Source: Chiloscyllium plagiosum (lineage: Eukaryota). Taken from it: a stretch of 63,527 nucleotides of DNA. How positions within the stretch are numbered: position 1 is the stretch's first letter; every line of letters starts with the position of its first letter. The notes under the pieces were generated by a model. That model had not been told where the DNA came from. It was given only the letters and a program-made list of their open reading frames with translations, and did not search any database. The DNA is taken from the NCBI RefSeq assembly GCF_004010195.1, contig NC_057722.1:55834436-55897962 (forward strand), in the 5' to 3' direction. The position numbers and the translations under genes were made by a program. This document shows, one piece after another, positions 25,201 to 37,079 of the stretch.

Positions 25201-25385
25201 TCCTCCATTCTACCCACATAGATTCTACATAGATTTTCTAAACAAGAAAAATAGTTTGTTTCTTACTATTGATTTAATTTCATTTCTTACTAGTAAAGAA
25301 ACCCTACCCTCTCTGCACACCTGCCTATCTTTTCAATAGGATGCATATCCTTGCATATTCAGCTGCCAATCCTCATCCCCTTGCA
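22245..25385 (-). mobile_element. CR1 ORF2 remnant with nested + strand CR1 fragment (about 23125-23420) and an internal ~180-bp tandem duplication
   Basis: ORFs QRDLGVLVQDSLKV...RPHLEYC and KSLGPDGLH...QHGFIKGRSCLT on -; LEGLSYRKRLNRLGL on +. Confidence 0.85.
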
Positions 25386-26198
25386 GTGGATGTTTATTCT
25401 GAGGGAATTCAATGATGATAATAAGTGAATATCAAAGGGAGATGGTTCTTTCTTAATAGAGCTGATCACTGTCTGGTGTTACGACAAGCCCAAGCTTGAA
25501 TATCAGGCAGAACTTTCTGAATGTGCGCATAGACAATATCAATGTCTGGGGTGCTACAAATGGTACTGAACATTGTGCCATTGTCAGCAAACGTTCCTAA
25601 TTCTGACCTCATGATGAAAGGAACACCATTGGAGATCACTGATCTCCAAAATCACAAAGACAGTTGTGAGAGATGATCTAGGTTTAGATGACATAGCCTC
25701 CGTACTGGCATAGGTAAAATAAAATAAAGCAAAGGATAGAAGACATTGGTTGGAATAATGTATAGATTCCCAATGGTAGTCACTCTATAGGATATGCTAT
25801 AGTTCAAAAAATAAGAGGAACATGTTAAAAAAAATAGAAATTATGGGTGACTTTAATCTTCATGTTGCTTGTGTTAATCAAATTGGAAAGGGTAGCCATG
25901 ACAGTGAATTCCTAAAGTGCATTAGGACAGTTAATGTGATATGATAGAGCAATATGCTATCAATCCAACTAGGGAGCAGGCTATCTTGGATCTGGTAATG
26001 GGTAATAAGGCAAGCTTTATAAATGTCCTTAGAGTAAAAGATCCCTTTGGAAGTAGTGATCTTAACATGATAAAATTTAATATTCAATTCATTGGAAACA
26101 AGTGTGCTTAACTTAAATAAAAGGAATTACAATGAAAAGTGGATAGAATTACCTAAAGTGAACTGGACAGATAGATTAGCTGGAATGACAATAAGCAA

Positions 26199-26332
26199 CC
26201 CATTCCTGAAGAAGGGCTTATGCCCCAAACGTCGATTCTCCTGTTCCCTGGATGCTGCCTGACCTGCTGCGCTTTTCCAGCAACACATTTTCAGCTCTGA
26301 TCTCCAGCATCTGCAGACCTCACTTTCTCCTC
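26199..26332 (+). mobile_element. Single-arm family A element
   Basis: ATTCCTGAAGAAGGGCTTATGCCCCAAACGTCGATTCTCC...CAGACCTCACTTTCTCC; 10-bp TSD CAATAAGCAA at 26189-26198 / 26333-26342. Confidence 0.85.
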
Positions 26333-26464
26333 CAATAAGCAATCAGTGGCAGACATTTAAGGAGGTAATTCATGATTCTCTGGAAAGATATATTCCAGTA
26401 AGGAAGAAAGATTCTGAGAGATAAACCAGAGATAAACCAACCATTGCTAACCAAGGGAGTTTTT

Positions 26465-26725
26465 TTAGATTAGATTACTTACAGTGTGGAACCAGGCCCT
26501 TCAGCCCAACAAGTCCACACCGACCCGCAACCCACCTAGACCCATTCCCCTACATTTACCCCTTCACCTAACACTACGGGCAATTTAGCATGGTCAATTC
26601 ACCTAATCTGCACATTTTTGGACTGTGGGAGGAAACCGGAGCACCCGGAGGAAACCCATGCAGACATGAGAAGAATGTGCAAACTCAACACAGTCAGTCG
26701 CCTGAGGTAGGAACTGAACCCGGGT
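26465..26725 (-). mobile_element. HE1/V-SINE, 5'-truncated
   Basis: Reverse complement of the V-domain and TAATC tail. Confidence 0.85.
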
Positions 26726-27315
26726 CGAAAAGAGAGTATTAAGTTGAAAGAAAAAGCGTATATGGTAGCCAAAGTCAGTGATAGCCCCAAAGACTGGTAT
26801 AAATTCAGAATCTAGCAAAAGTGGACTAAAAAGATGATAAAGTCAGAGAAAATAAACTATGAGGGCAAACTAGTAAGTAACATAAAAACTGACAATAAGA
26901 TCTTCTTTACTGTATAGAAAAGGAACTCAGAAGTTCAGAGTGAACATGAAAGCCCTTAGAAAATGAATCTGGGGAGATGTTTTGAGGAACAAGGAAATGG
27001 TAGAGGAGTTAAATCAGTCTTCATGATGGGAGATACTTCGAACATTCCGTTAATACAATGAATATGGGGGAGGAATTAAGTACCATCACATCACTAAAGT
27101 AACAATATTAGACAAACCATAAGGGCTGAAGGGAGATAAATCCTCTGGCCCCAAAGGCTTGCATCCAAGGATTCTAAAAGAGGTAACTACAGAAATAGTT
27201 TACGCTTTGGCTGTAATTCTCCAAAACCTTTTGGATTCTGAAGAAGTACCAGAGGATTGGAAAACTGCTAATGTGACACCCCTATTCAAAAAAGGAGGGA
27301 CGCAAAAATCAAGTA

Positions 27316-28666
27316 CAGGTACTTATTACGCTGTAGTTGTGTTCCAGCAAAACCTCGCTTAATAGAAAATTGTTTAATAGGAATAATGGGGCCTACAGGA
27401 AAAGTGGGGTTAGAGACAGACCAGCAAAAGATATCACTCATAACATCACCCAAAAGCCTAACACAGCCTGACTGAAGGTTTAAATCATAATTATTAACAA
27501 AACAAAAGTAAATTTAACACATTATATTGACAAAATATTGTTAATGCAAGGACAGAGGGTCTTCATTATCACCACCTTCGAGTGCAGTTGTAGTTGCAGA
27601 AGTCGATGGCTGTGGTTATCTTCTGACTGTTTCTTGGAGGTTGGTTTAAAAAAGACATCCAGCTTTTGCTGCTTTGCCCTTTTTCTTCTGTCTTGAAGAA
27701 GCTGTTCAGAGGCTGCCAGATCATATCTTATTGAACAAACTGCTATCCTGCTGTGATCTGCATTGTAATTGTTGTCCTCTAAGAGCTGCAACTGCCTCTC
27801 AATTTCCCTCAGGATAGAAGACAAAAGTGGAAAGTTCTCATGGTACTGCACCCTGGACTTCATCTTTTTCATCTCCAGCTTCCACATCCCTCTCAGCGAC
27901 AAGCTGTTGTAGATCAGCTGTAGAGAGGTCTTCACAATTGGACTCAAGCAGCTCTTCAATATCCTCACCTGGATGCTTTTGCTAACATTCTTGTCACTAT
28001 GCCCCTCAATTTTTGCAAAAACAAAGGATAATCTACGAGTAGATTGTGTGATATGCAGGTATAAGAACAAATTAGAAAGACAAATGGAATGTATAAGAGT
28101 AATGCAGTCCTGCATGGATTATACAGGGCATATACAGGAACTAGGAGAAAGTGAGGACTGCAGATGCTGGAGATCAGAGTCGAGAGTATGGTGCTGAAAA
28201 AGCGCAGCAGGTCAGGCAGCATCCAAGGACCATGAGAAATGACATTTCAGGCATAACCCCGTCATCAGGAATCCCAAAACATCGATTCTCCCGCTCCTCG
28301 AATGCTGCCTGACCTGCTGTGCTTTTCCAGCACCACACTCTCAACTTATACAGGAATTATACAAGAATATTCTTGTCTCAGAGGGACAGCAATGAACATT
28401 TGTTAGTTTAATTTTTGAGATGAAGCTGCTCAATGTATAGTATTGTACCTCTCACATGCACGGACATTGATGAATGCACAGAATGGTGCGGAGACTCCAG
28501 TGCTGATGTTGGCAGATCCGCAGTATGAAGTGTGCAAAACGATCATCGCTGGAATTGCGATATTGCAAACAGAGGTAAACATTCTCGGAAATACCATTCC
28601 CAAATTCTTCAGCAATGTTATAAGCAAATCATACTGCCGAAACACATTTTATACGAGAACTACCTG
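27316..28666 (-). mobile_element. Tigger/pogo-like DNA transposon (non-autonomous, C-terminal transposase remnant)
   Basis: Ends CAGGTA.../...TACCTG with TA duplication; removing it restores the CR1 frame QKSS|NYR. Minus ORF contains the Tigger-like tail LLQDRRKRAKQQKLDVFFKP. Confidence 0.75.
28144..28346. mobile_element. Palindromic family A element nested in the Tigger-like element
   Basis: Inverted arms around CATCAGGAATCC; direct repeat TATACAGGAA at 28131-28140 / 28347-28356. Confidence 0.8.
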
Positions 28667-29406
28667 TAACTATAGGATGATTAGCCGATCAACTATGGTT
28701 GGAATCAATCAATAAGGAAGTAATAGTAGAACATTTGGGAAATCATAATCTAATTAAGCAGAGTCAGCCTGACTTCATGAAGGAGAAATCATATCGAACT
28801 AATTTAATGGAATTTTTCAAGGAATTCTCAGAGTGGATAGAGACGAATCAATAGATGTGTTGTAATTGGATTTTCAGATGGCATTCAACATTCATGGCCA
28901 GGAAATAGCAAGTGGGGATAAGAGATTCGTTTTCAGATTGGCAACTGCGACCAGTGCTGGGACCACAACTTTTTACAATATATCAATGACTTGGATGAAT
29001 AAAGTGAATGTATTGTAGCCAAATTTGTAGACTTTACAGAAACAGCTGGAAAGACAGGTTGTGAGAGAGTGGGCAAAAAATGACAAATAGAGTATATAGG
29101 AAGTTGTTCATTTTGGAAGGGAGAACAAAAGAACATAATATTATTTAAATGGTGTAAAACTGCAGAAGGCTGCAACACAAAGGAACTTTGAAGTACTTGC
29201 GCACAAAACAGAATGCTAGCACACAAGTAAGCAGGAAAGCTAACAGAACGCTGGCGCTTATTTCAAGAAGTTTGGCGTATAAGATGAGAAAATTCTTTCT
29301 AGAACTGTAAAAGGTGCTGGTGAGACTACATCTGGAGAACTGTGAGCAGTTTTGGACTCCTTTATTTAAGAAAAGATACCATTTCATTGGAGAAGTTACA
29401 CTGAGA

Positions 29407-29705
29407 TGCCTCACAGCACCAGAAACCAAAGTTTGATTCCTGCCTCGGGCGACTGTCTGTTTGGAGTTTACACATTCTCCCAGTGTCTGCGTGGGTTTCC
29501 TCCGGGTGCTCCGGTTTCTTCCCACATTTCAAAGATGTGCAGGTCAGGTGAATTGGCCACGCTAAATTGCCTATTGTGTCAGGTGATTAGGCAGGGGTAA
29601 TCTAGGGTTGGGGAATGGGTCTGGGTGGGTTGTCTTCTGAGAGTCAGTCTGGACTAGTTGGATCAAAGGGCATGTTTCCATACTGTAGGGTATCTAATCT
29701 AATCC
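29407..29705 (+). mobile_element. HE1/V-SINE, older copy
   Basis: V-domain and ATCTAATCTAATC tail. Confidence 0.8.
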
Positions 29706-30182
29706 TGCTTCTTTATGAGTAAAGTCTAATCAAGTTGGGTCTCTACTTACTTGAGTTTGGAGCAATGTGAAGTGACCTCATTCAAACAAACGGGATTCTT
29801 AAGGGGTTTGGCAGAGTGAATCCTGAGAGAATGTTTCCCCTTAAGGAGTAGTCTAGGAACAATGAGCATAGTCTCAAAGTTTAGGAGCATCAATTTAAGA
29901 TTGAGATGAAGAGGAAATTCTTATCTAAAGGGGTGACGGTCTTTGGAACTCATTGCCACAGAGAGCTTTGGGTAGCCCTAAAAGAAACGTGTATATGATA
30001 AGTAGAAAGACAGCCAATGGATATGGACATGGAGGCTGTGCGCTCTGGGAATTGTAGTCCAGGCAAAAGTGGGTACTGCTGGAGGTTAGAGGCAAGATTA
30101 GAATAGTGCTGAAAAAGCACAGCAGGTCAGGCAGCATCCGAGAAGCATGTTGCAGAACTTGTAGTCTAGACCCACCTTTGCC

Positions 30183-30381
30183 TACAAAGTTAAAAATCAC
30201 AAGACACCAGGTTATAGTCCAACAGGTTTATTTGGAGCACTGTTCCTTCGTCAGGTACACAACCACCTGAAGAAGCAGCACTCCGGAAGCTCGTGCTTCC
30301 AAATAAACCTGTTGGACTATAACCTGGTGTCTTGTGATTTTTAATTTTGTACACCCCAGTCCAACACCGGTGTCTCCAAAT
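30183..30381. mobile_element. Palindromic family B element (preceded by a family A arm at about 30064-30143)
   Basis: ACAAAGTTAAAAATCACAAGACACCAGGTTATAGTCCAACAGGTTTATTTGG mirrored by CCAAATAAACCTGTTGGACTATAACCTGGTGTCTTGTGATTTTTAATTTTGT. Confidence 0.85.
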
Positions 30382-30394
30382 TTTGACTACATCA

Positions 30395-30900
30395 GACCGC
30401 CCTCAAACGCCCCCGCCCTCGGGAGGTCACCTCCATGACAACCACAGGCCGCACCTCAGAGCGGCACTACAGCAGTTACCGTTTGTTTCCGTCCTGTGCC
30501 GCTCTCAGGTGCGGCAGGTTGGTGCTGTCACAACGTGTGTTTGTAGTAAAGAGTCCGAGATGATTATTATTTGAATAATTATTTCAACCCACCCTGGTAA
30601 ATGCTGCGAAAACACCAGTCTGCTGTTTGCGGTTCGGGTTATTCACGGCGCAGTTTGACCGTTTGTTTTTCACCCGTTTGAGAAACCACGCTCCAGCCGC
30701 CAATTCAAACAGCACTCGGGGCACCGCGCGCTCAACGGCAGGCCTGGCAAACACCTGCACTGGATTGGCTGGCCGGACAGGCAGGCAGCCAATCACGGCG
30801 GGTCAACGACAAATTTAAAGGCAAAGACTTGACGTTTTTAAAGGGGCACAGTGTCCTCCTACAATAAATCGATTAACCTTTTCAAACCAGACTGAAGACG
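30395..30900 (-). promoter_or_regulatory. CpG-rich promoter and probable non-coding first exon of PIGZ copy A
   Basis: Local CpG enrichment, inverted CCAAT pair at 30764-30768 / 30789-30793, GC box near 30410, candidate minus-strand donor ACG|GTAACT at 30480/30479. Assignment to PIGZ-A is inferred from position. Confidence 0.6.
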
Positions 30901-31000
30901 AGGGCATACATCCGTTCAAACCAAAATACTGCGGGTGCTGTAAATATGAAATAAAAACAAAATTCCAGAGAAATTCAGCGGGTCAGGGATAGCATTTGTG

Positions 31001-31521
31001 GACAAAGTTAAAAATCACACAACATGAGGTTATAGTCCCATAAGTTTATTTGGAAGTACCAGTTTTCAGAGCACTGCTCCTTCATCAGGTAGCTAGTGGA
31101 GCAGGATCATAGGACACATGATTTATAGCAAAAGATCATAGTATCATACAACTGATGCGATATATTGAACAAACCTAAATTGCTACTAAGTCTTTCATCT
31201 TTTAGAATGAGTTGCAGGTTTTGATTCATTAATAACTTCTTCCAAGTTCTGGGATTTAGATAGTAATGAATCAAAACGTGCACCCCATTCTAAAAGATGA
31301 GATTTAACAGTAACCTAGATTTGTTCAATTTATCGCATCAGTTGTATGACACTATGATCTTTTGCTCTAAATTCTGTGTCCTACAATCCTGCTCCACTAG
31401 CTCCCTGCTGAAGAAGCAGTACTCCAAAAGCTTGTACTTCCAAATAAAGCTGCTGGACTATAACCTGGTGTTGTCTGATTTTTAACTTTGTCCACCCCAG
31501 TCCAACACCGGCACCTTTACA
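31001..31521. mobile_element. Long palindromic family B element (~230-bp arms) nested in a family C element (about 30920-31590)
   Basis: Arms about 31001-31233 and 31262-31493 are imperfect reverse complements; TTTGTGGA is repeated at both junctions; minus strand 31062-31088 reads CTGATGAAGGAGCAGTGCTCTGAAAAC. Confidence 0.8.
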
Positions 31522-31804
31522 ATGTTTGTGGAGAGAGCTACACTGTTAACATTTTGAGTCCAAACACTGTTCTTTGGACCTGAAGAGCACTATGAATCTG
31601 TTAGGTCTTCTGGTTCTCAAAAGGTCAAAGCAATCACTTTTACTGAAAATTCAGGCATATCTTTTAAAGCTGCTTATGTAGTTGCTGTATTGATTTCAGG
31701 TTTGTGGAACATTTTTGTTAGCTGTCAGCCAGTGGTGCTCTTTGAAGAGGATGTTTTCCCTGTGGACATAAGGATGTAAAAATGTTAGCCATTTACAAAG
31801 TGCA

Positions 31805-33560
31805 TTTGAGATTTTGGAGAAGATTTGCAGCTCAAGCTGTGAAATCAGGTTGTCAGTTTGCTCGCTGAGCTGGTCGGTTTCTTCTCAAACGTTTCATCAC
31901 CATGCCAGGTAGCATCATCAGTGAGCCTCCGATGAAGCATTGGTGTTTGTTCCGCTTGCTGTTTATGTGTCTTGGTTTATTGTGGTGTGTGATATCATTT
32001 CCTGCTCTGTTCCTGGGAGGTTGATAAATGGGGTCCAAATCTATATGTTTGTTAATGGAGTTCCGGTTTGAATGCCAGGCCTCTAGGAATTCCCGTGTGT
32101 GTCTTTGTTTGGCCTGTCCCAGGATGGATGCATTTTCCTAGTCAAACTGGTATTTCCCTTCATCTGTGTGTATGGATACTTGTGATAGTTGCTCATGTCT
32201 TTTGGTGCTAGTTGGTGCTCATTTTTCCTGGTGGCTAGTTTCCTGCTGGTTTGTCCAATGTAATGTTTGTGGCTGTCCTTGTAGGGTGTTTTGCATCTAG
32301 ATTGGGTTGGGGTATCCAGTCGGCATGGACGAGTAGGACCGAAGGGTCTGTTTCCATGCTGTACATCTCTATGACTCTATGCTGGCTGTGCATATGTTTC
32401 CTTTAAATTCATCAGTAGTTGTTTCAGTGTGGTAGTAGGTTTGTGAGCTACCATGATGCCTAGGGGCTAGTGTAGTCTGGTGGTCATCTCTGAAATGTCT
32501 TTGATATATGTAGGGTGACGAGAGTCTATGGGCTTCCTGTTTCGGTCCATTGTGTAGGAATCGACGGAATGCGCTTATTAGGTAACCATTGATTCTGAAT
32601 ATGTTGCATAAGGGTTTCTCCTCAGCTTCTGTGCTGGTTAGGTGAATTGGCCATGCTAGATTGCCCATAGTGTTCAAGGATGTGTAGGTTAGGTGTATTA
32701 GTTGTGATCAATGTAATAGGGTAGGGGAATGGGTTTGGGTGGAATACTCTTCAGAGGATTGGTGTGGACTTGTTGGGTCAAATGGCCTGTTTCCACACTG
32801 TAGGGATTCTATCTATGATGTCCAAGAAGGGGAATTGGTTATTGTTCTCTTCCTCTTTCGTGAATTTTATACCGGCTGAGGTGTTGTTTATGTGTTTGTG
32901 GGTTTCTTCTAGTTTGTTGCATCTCGTGGTGATAAGGGTGTCATCCAAATAGCAGATCCAAAGCTAGGCTGGATCGTGGAAGGGCTACTCATTCTAACCT
33001 CTGCATAAGTGCTTCTGCTATAAGTCCAAATATTGGTGATCCCATAAGCGTCCCATTGATTTGTTTGTATATCTTGTCATTGAAGATCAAGTGAGTTGAG
33101 GGGCACAGGTCAAGAAGTCTAAGGATGCTTTCCTTGCTGATGGAGTTGGCAGTGTTGGGTGTTTGTATCCCTGGTTTGTCTAGCAGTGAGGCCAGTGTTT
33201 TTTTAGCTAGGGTGATGTTTACTGATGTGAATAAGGCCGTCACCTCGAAGGAAACCATGATCTCATCATCCTCTATCTTGATGTCTTTGATGATGTTAAG
33301 GAATTCCTGGATGGAGTGGGTTGAGTCTTCTACAAGGTGTTTTCATTTTCTTGCAGTTCCTTTGCTAGCCTATATTTTTATGTGCCAGGAAGTGAGTCCA
33401 TGGGTCTGAGGAGGGCTCCTCGTTCATGTACCTTTGATAATCTGTAGAAACAGGGTGTGTTGGACCCTTCCGGTTTCATTCTTTTGAAGATCTGTCTTGT
33501 TAATTTAACGTGTCTGGTGTAGTTTCGTCAGGATAGCTTAGTGTGGTTTTCTAGCTGTGG
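31805..33560 (-). mobile_element. Penelope-like retroelement remnant (RT + GIY-YIG endonuclease + terminal repeat), with nested CR1 tail and SINE fragments
   Basis: MVSFEVTALFTSV...YKQINGTLMGSPI (PLE RT) and HYIGQTSRKLATR (YIG). Terminal region has CTGATGA...GAAACG at 31890-31921. Confidence 0.88.
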
Positions 33561-33949
33561 AGAAACTGCATTGGTCTCAACATCCAAGAAGTAACTCTCA
33601 TGCCTTCCCAGAGGTGTATATCCAACATGTTTGTGGGCTGGTTCCTAAGCCAGTTGGAGCAGCACTGCCCTGCTGAAGGGTAGACCAAGGTAAGTGAAGC
33701 AGTCCATAGCATCTTAGCTTTGCCATCCCATATGATACCTACAAGTTCCCAAACCTGGAAATGGAGTGGAGACTTATAATATATAACATGGGAACATTCC
33801 CTTTTAGTATCAGGGAAACCGTTTATGAACTAAAATTTTGGATATTCAATAAAATTCAGATGTGAAAACAATTTCCTTCATTCTTTACCAATACAGTACA
33901 ATTATTATTTCAAAACGGAGATTACAAATAGGCTTAGACTAATGGCTGG

Positions 33950-35240
33950 CTCCTGGACTTCAGAGATAAATTCGGACTGATTACTGCATTCAAAACAGCA
34001 GTTCTGCAACGACCAATGAATGTCAAGGACAAGTAGTTAGATTGTCTCTTATTGTGTTTGCCAGAGATTTGTGCACTATGAATGTTACTTGCCACATCAG
34101 TCCAAACCTGCATATTGTCCAGATCTTGTTGCATTTGAACATGGACTGCTTCAGTATCTGAGGAGTCATAATTGGTGCAATTATTAGTGTAAACCTCCTT
34201 ATGATGGAGGGAACATCATGGATGAAACAGCTGAAGATGGATCGGCCTAGCACACTACCCTGAGGAACACCTGGAGCTGAGATGACTGGCCTCCAACAAC
34301 CACAACCATCTTCCTAAGTGCCAGGTATGACTCTAACCAGCAGAGAGTTTTTTTTTCCCAGATTCTCATTGATTCCAGTTTTGCTTGGGTTATTTGATGC
34401 TACACTTGGTTGAATGTAGCCTTGATGTCAAAGTTTGTCACTCTCCCCTCACCTCTGGAATGCAGTTCTTTTTGTCCTGAGGTCAGGAGCTGAGTGGCCC
34501 TGGCAGTACCCAAACTGGACAATACTGAGTGGGTTATTGCTGAGCAGGTGCTGCTTGACAGCACTGCTGATGACATATTCCATTACTTCACTGATGATCG
34601 AGACTGGACTGATGGGGCAGTAATTGGCTAGGTTTGATTTGTCCAGCTTTTTATGTACAGGACAGACATGGGTAACTTCCCACATGGTATGACTGTACCG
34701 GAAGAGCTTGGCTGGGGAGCAGCAGTTCTGGAGCACCAGTCTTCAATACTATTGCTGGAATGTTGTCAGGCCTTTGCAGTATTCAGCGCTTCCAAGTGTT
34801 TCTTGATATCACATGGAGTGAATCTAATTGGTTGAAGATTGTTATCTGTGATGCTGGGAACTACTGGAGGAGACTGAGATAGATCATCCACTCAGCCCTT
34901 CTAGCTGAAGATTGTTGCAAATGCTTCAGCCTTATCTTTTGCACTGATGAGTTGAACTTTTCCATCATTGAGGATGGGGATATTTGTGGACCCTCCCACT
35001 CCAGTGAATTATTTAATTATCCACCACTATTCACAACTTGATGTGGCAGGACTGCAGAGTTTAGAGCTGACTGTCCGTTGTGGGATCACTTAGCTCCATC
35101 TATCACTTGCTGCTTATGCTGTTTGGTGTTTAAGTACCCTGTTTGGTAGCTTCATCAGGTTGAACCTCATTTTTAGGTATGTCGGGTGCTGCTCCTGGCA
35201 TGCCCTCTTGCACTCTCTGTTGAACAAGGATTAATCTCCT
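33950..35240 (-). mobile_element. CR1-clade LINE RT remnant
   Basis: CPVHKKLDKSNLANYCPIS...VQFGYCQGHSAPDL; FSCFIHDVPS; QQDLDN. Confidence 0.8.
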
Positions 35241-35538
35241 GGCTTGATGGTAATGGTTGATAATGTAATTAAACTATACCAAGCAATGGTAAATCTGAGA
35301 TATTTAAGAAAATGAGCAGATGCGCAATCCATGACAGCAGCAGCGAACTCATTGTGTATATTTAAAGCCATCAGAAATTCCACAACCAAAGGTTATCAAG
35401 AGAGAATAAAATTAAGATGAGTTAAAAAGAGGATGAGAGAATCTATTATTGGTCTTCTCTAAGGCCAATCAAGCTAAGTTTTAATTGCTTTTAAAAGATG
35501 CAGTTCTGCAACTTACTGTAATAAGCTCTAGTGAAGAA

Positions 35539-35709
35539 AGTAATGGTAAACCAATTCTTTTTACTCTATGAATTAAATCACTGACTTTATTTTTTGGTTG
35601 AGAGACCAGTATGTGACTTCTGATTATTTTAAGTATACACAGTGGGTTTGATGCAGTCTTTTGTGGCTGCTGAGGTTTGGTTATGTGAACAAATCATGCT
35701 GAAGCTGCT
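35539..35709 (+). repeat. ~170-bp dispersed direct repeat, copy 1 (copy 2 at 36511-36680)
   Basis: Shared AGTAATGGTAAACC...TGAATTAAA.CACTGACTTTATTT...TCTGATTATTTTAAGTATACACA.TGGGTTT.ATGCAG...ATGCTGAAGCTGCT. Confidence 0.85.
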
Positions 35710-36510
35710 GAAGTTCTGTTTCAATCACATATTGAATACTGCATTTAGTTCTTATTACTGAGGCACAGCCACTCATCCCAAAACGTGCAAAAATTGCTGA
35801 AAAGGGTCACTATACTGCTCCCTAGTGACAGTTCATTGAATTATGAGAAAAGTTATAACATTGAACTTTTCAATCCGTAAAAAGAATTTGATGGAAACTT
35901 CTCAAGATATGGAAAATTCAAAGGATTATTTCTGAACATGACTCCAAATTAGGCACTGTAGGACAAAAGCACATTGGTATACACTAAGAAAAAGACAACT
36001 TCAGGCCCCTAACTGAAACACTGAAATTATTTTAAAAATACCTTGTTCTATACTCCTGTATTCTCCTTGCTGCTTTCTCATTCACCCTCAATAAATTACA
36101 ACATATTTAAAGTTCGGTTCCTACATTCAATTCCACATTAAATTCCACTTTCCCATCATCCCAGTCCTTGTTCATTTACAATTCCTCCATTCCATATCAT
36201 TGTTAAAAAAGCTCTCCATAAATGTGCTGCACCCTATCTTTGCAATCTCCTTCATCATTATATATACCTAAATAACACTCCATGATATTTTGTGCATCAC
36301 TTATGCTTTAAGTACCTTCTTATTGCATCCTACCCCTAGAAACTTATTATTTCAATCTCTCCATTTCAACTCTAAATCATAAATGTCTTTCTAGAATTTT
36401 CCTTTCTCATTTTGATGCTTTTTATTTTCTCATCCTTTCTGTGAAATATCCTGGGAAGACTTAGACTTGGGTATATATGGCCCAATTCTAAAATCTTTGG
36501 ATGACACAGA

Positions 36511-36680
36511 AGTAATGGTAAACCGATTCTTTTTCCCTTGTGAATTAAACCACTGACTTTATTTCTTTCTTGAGATACCATTATGTGCCCTCTGATTATT
36601 TTAAGTATACACAATGGGTTTCATGCAGCCTTTTGTAGCTACTGAGTTATGTTAAGTGAACACATTATGCTGAAGCTGCT
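36511..36680 (+). repeat. ~170-bp dispersed direct repeat, copy 2
   Basis: Collinear with 35539-35709, with scattered substitutions. Confidence 0.85.
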
Positions 36681-37079
36681 TAATGCTTTATTTCATGCTT
36701 TGGAAGTATTATGAACTGTGAATTACCAGATAACTGGCAGATGAATTTTAAATGTAAGTGATTCATTTTGGTATGCAGAACGAGAACAAATTTAAAAGAA
36801 AATTACAATTCTAAAAGGAACGCAGGAGCAGAGGAACCTGGGGAACATGTGCACAAATCATAATGATGACAGGACACATTGAGAGAGCAGTTAAAAAAAA
36901 AACAATTCTAGGCTTTATAAATAGATGGTACAACAGCAAATAAGTTATGATAGATATGTATAAAACAGTGATTCAGCCTCAGTTCGAATATTATGATGCA
37001 CAAAGGCCAGCTGTACTTCCTTGCTATACACACGTTATTACAAACTTTTATAACTATCTGGTTTCTCTCCTTACAGATG

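Larger units (their letters stand above)
25690..30000 (+). mobile_element. Degraded CR1 ORF2 hosting several nested insertions
   Basis: GDFNL, HPRILKEV...EDWKTANVTPLFKKGG, GNYR and RLHLEN remnants in collinear order around the insertions. Confidence 0.8.

Noticed and set aside
27522-28115. 197-aa minus-strand ORF as a possible host gene
   Set aside because: Lies within TA-flanked CAGGTA/TACCTG termini and ends like a Tigger transposase; treated as a transposon remnant.
3054-31521. Palindromic elements as MITEs or CRISPR-like repeats
   Set aside because: Variable 10-16 bp TSDs, asymmetric tails and identity with a PLE terminus argue for retrotransposition; there is no repeat-spacer array and the DNA is eukaryotic.
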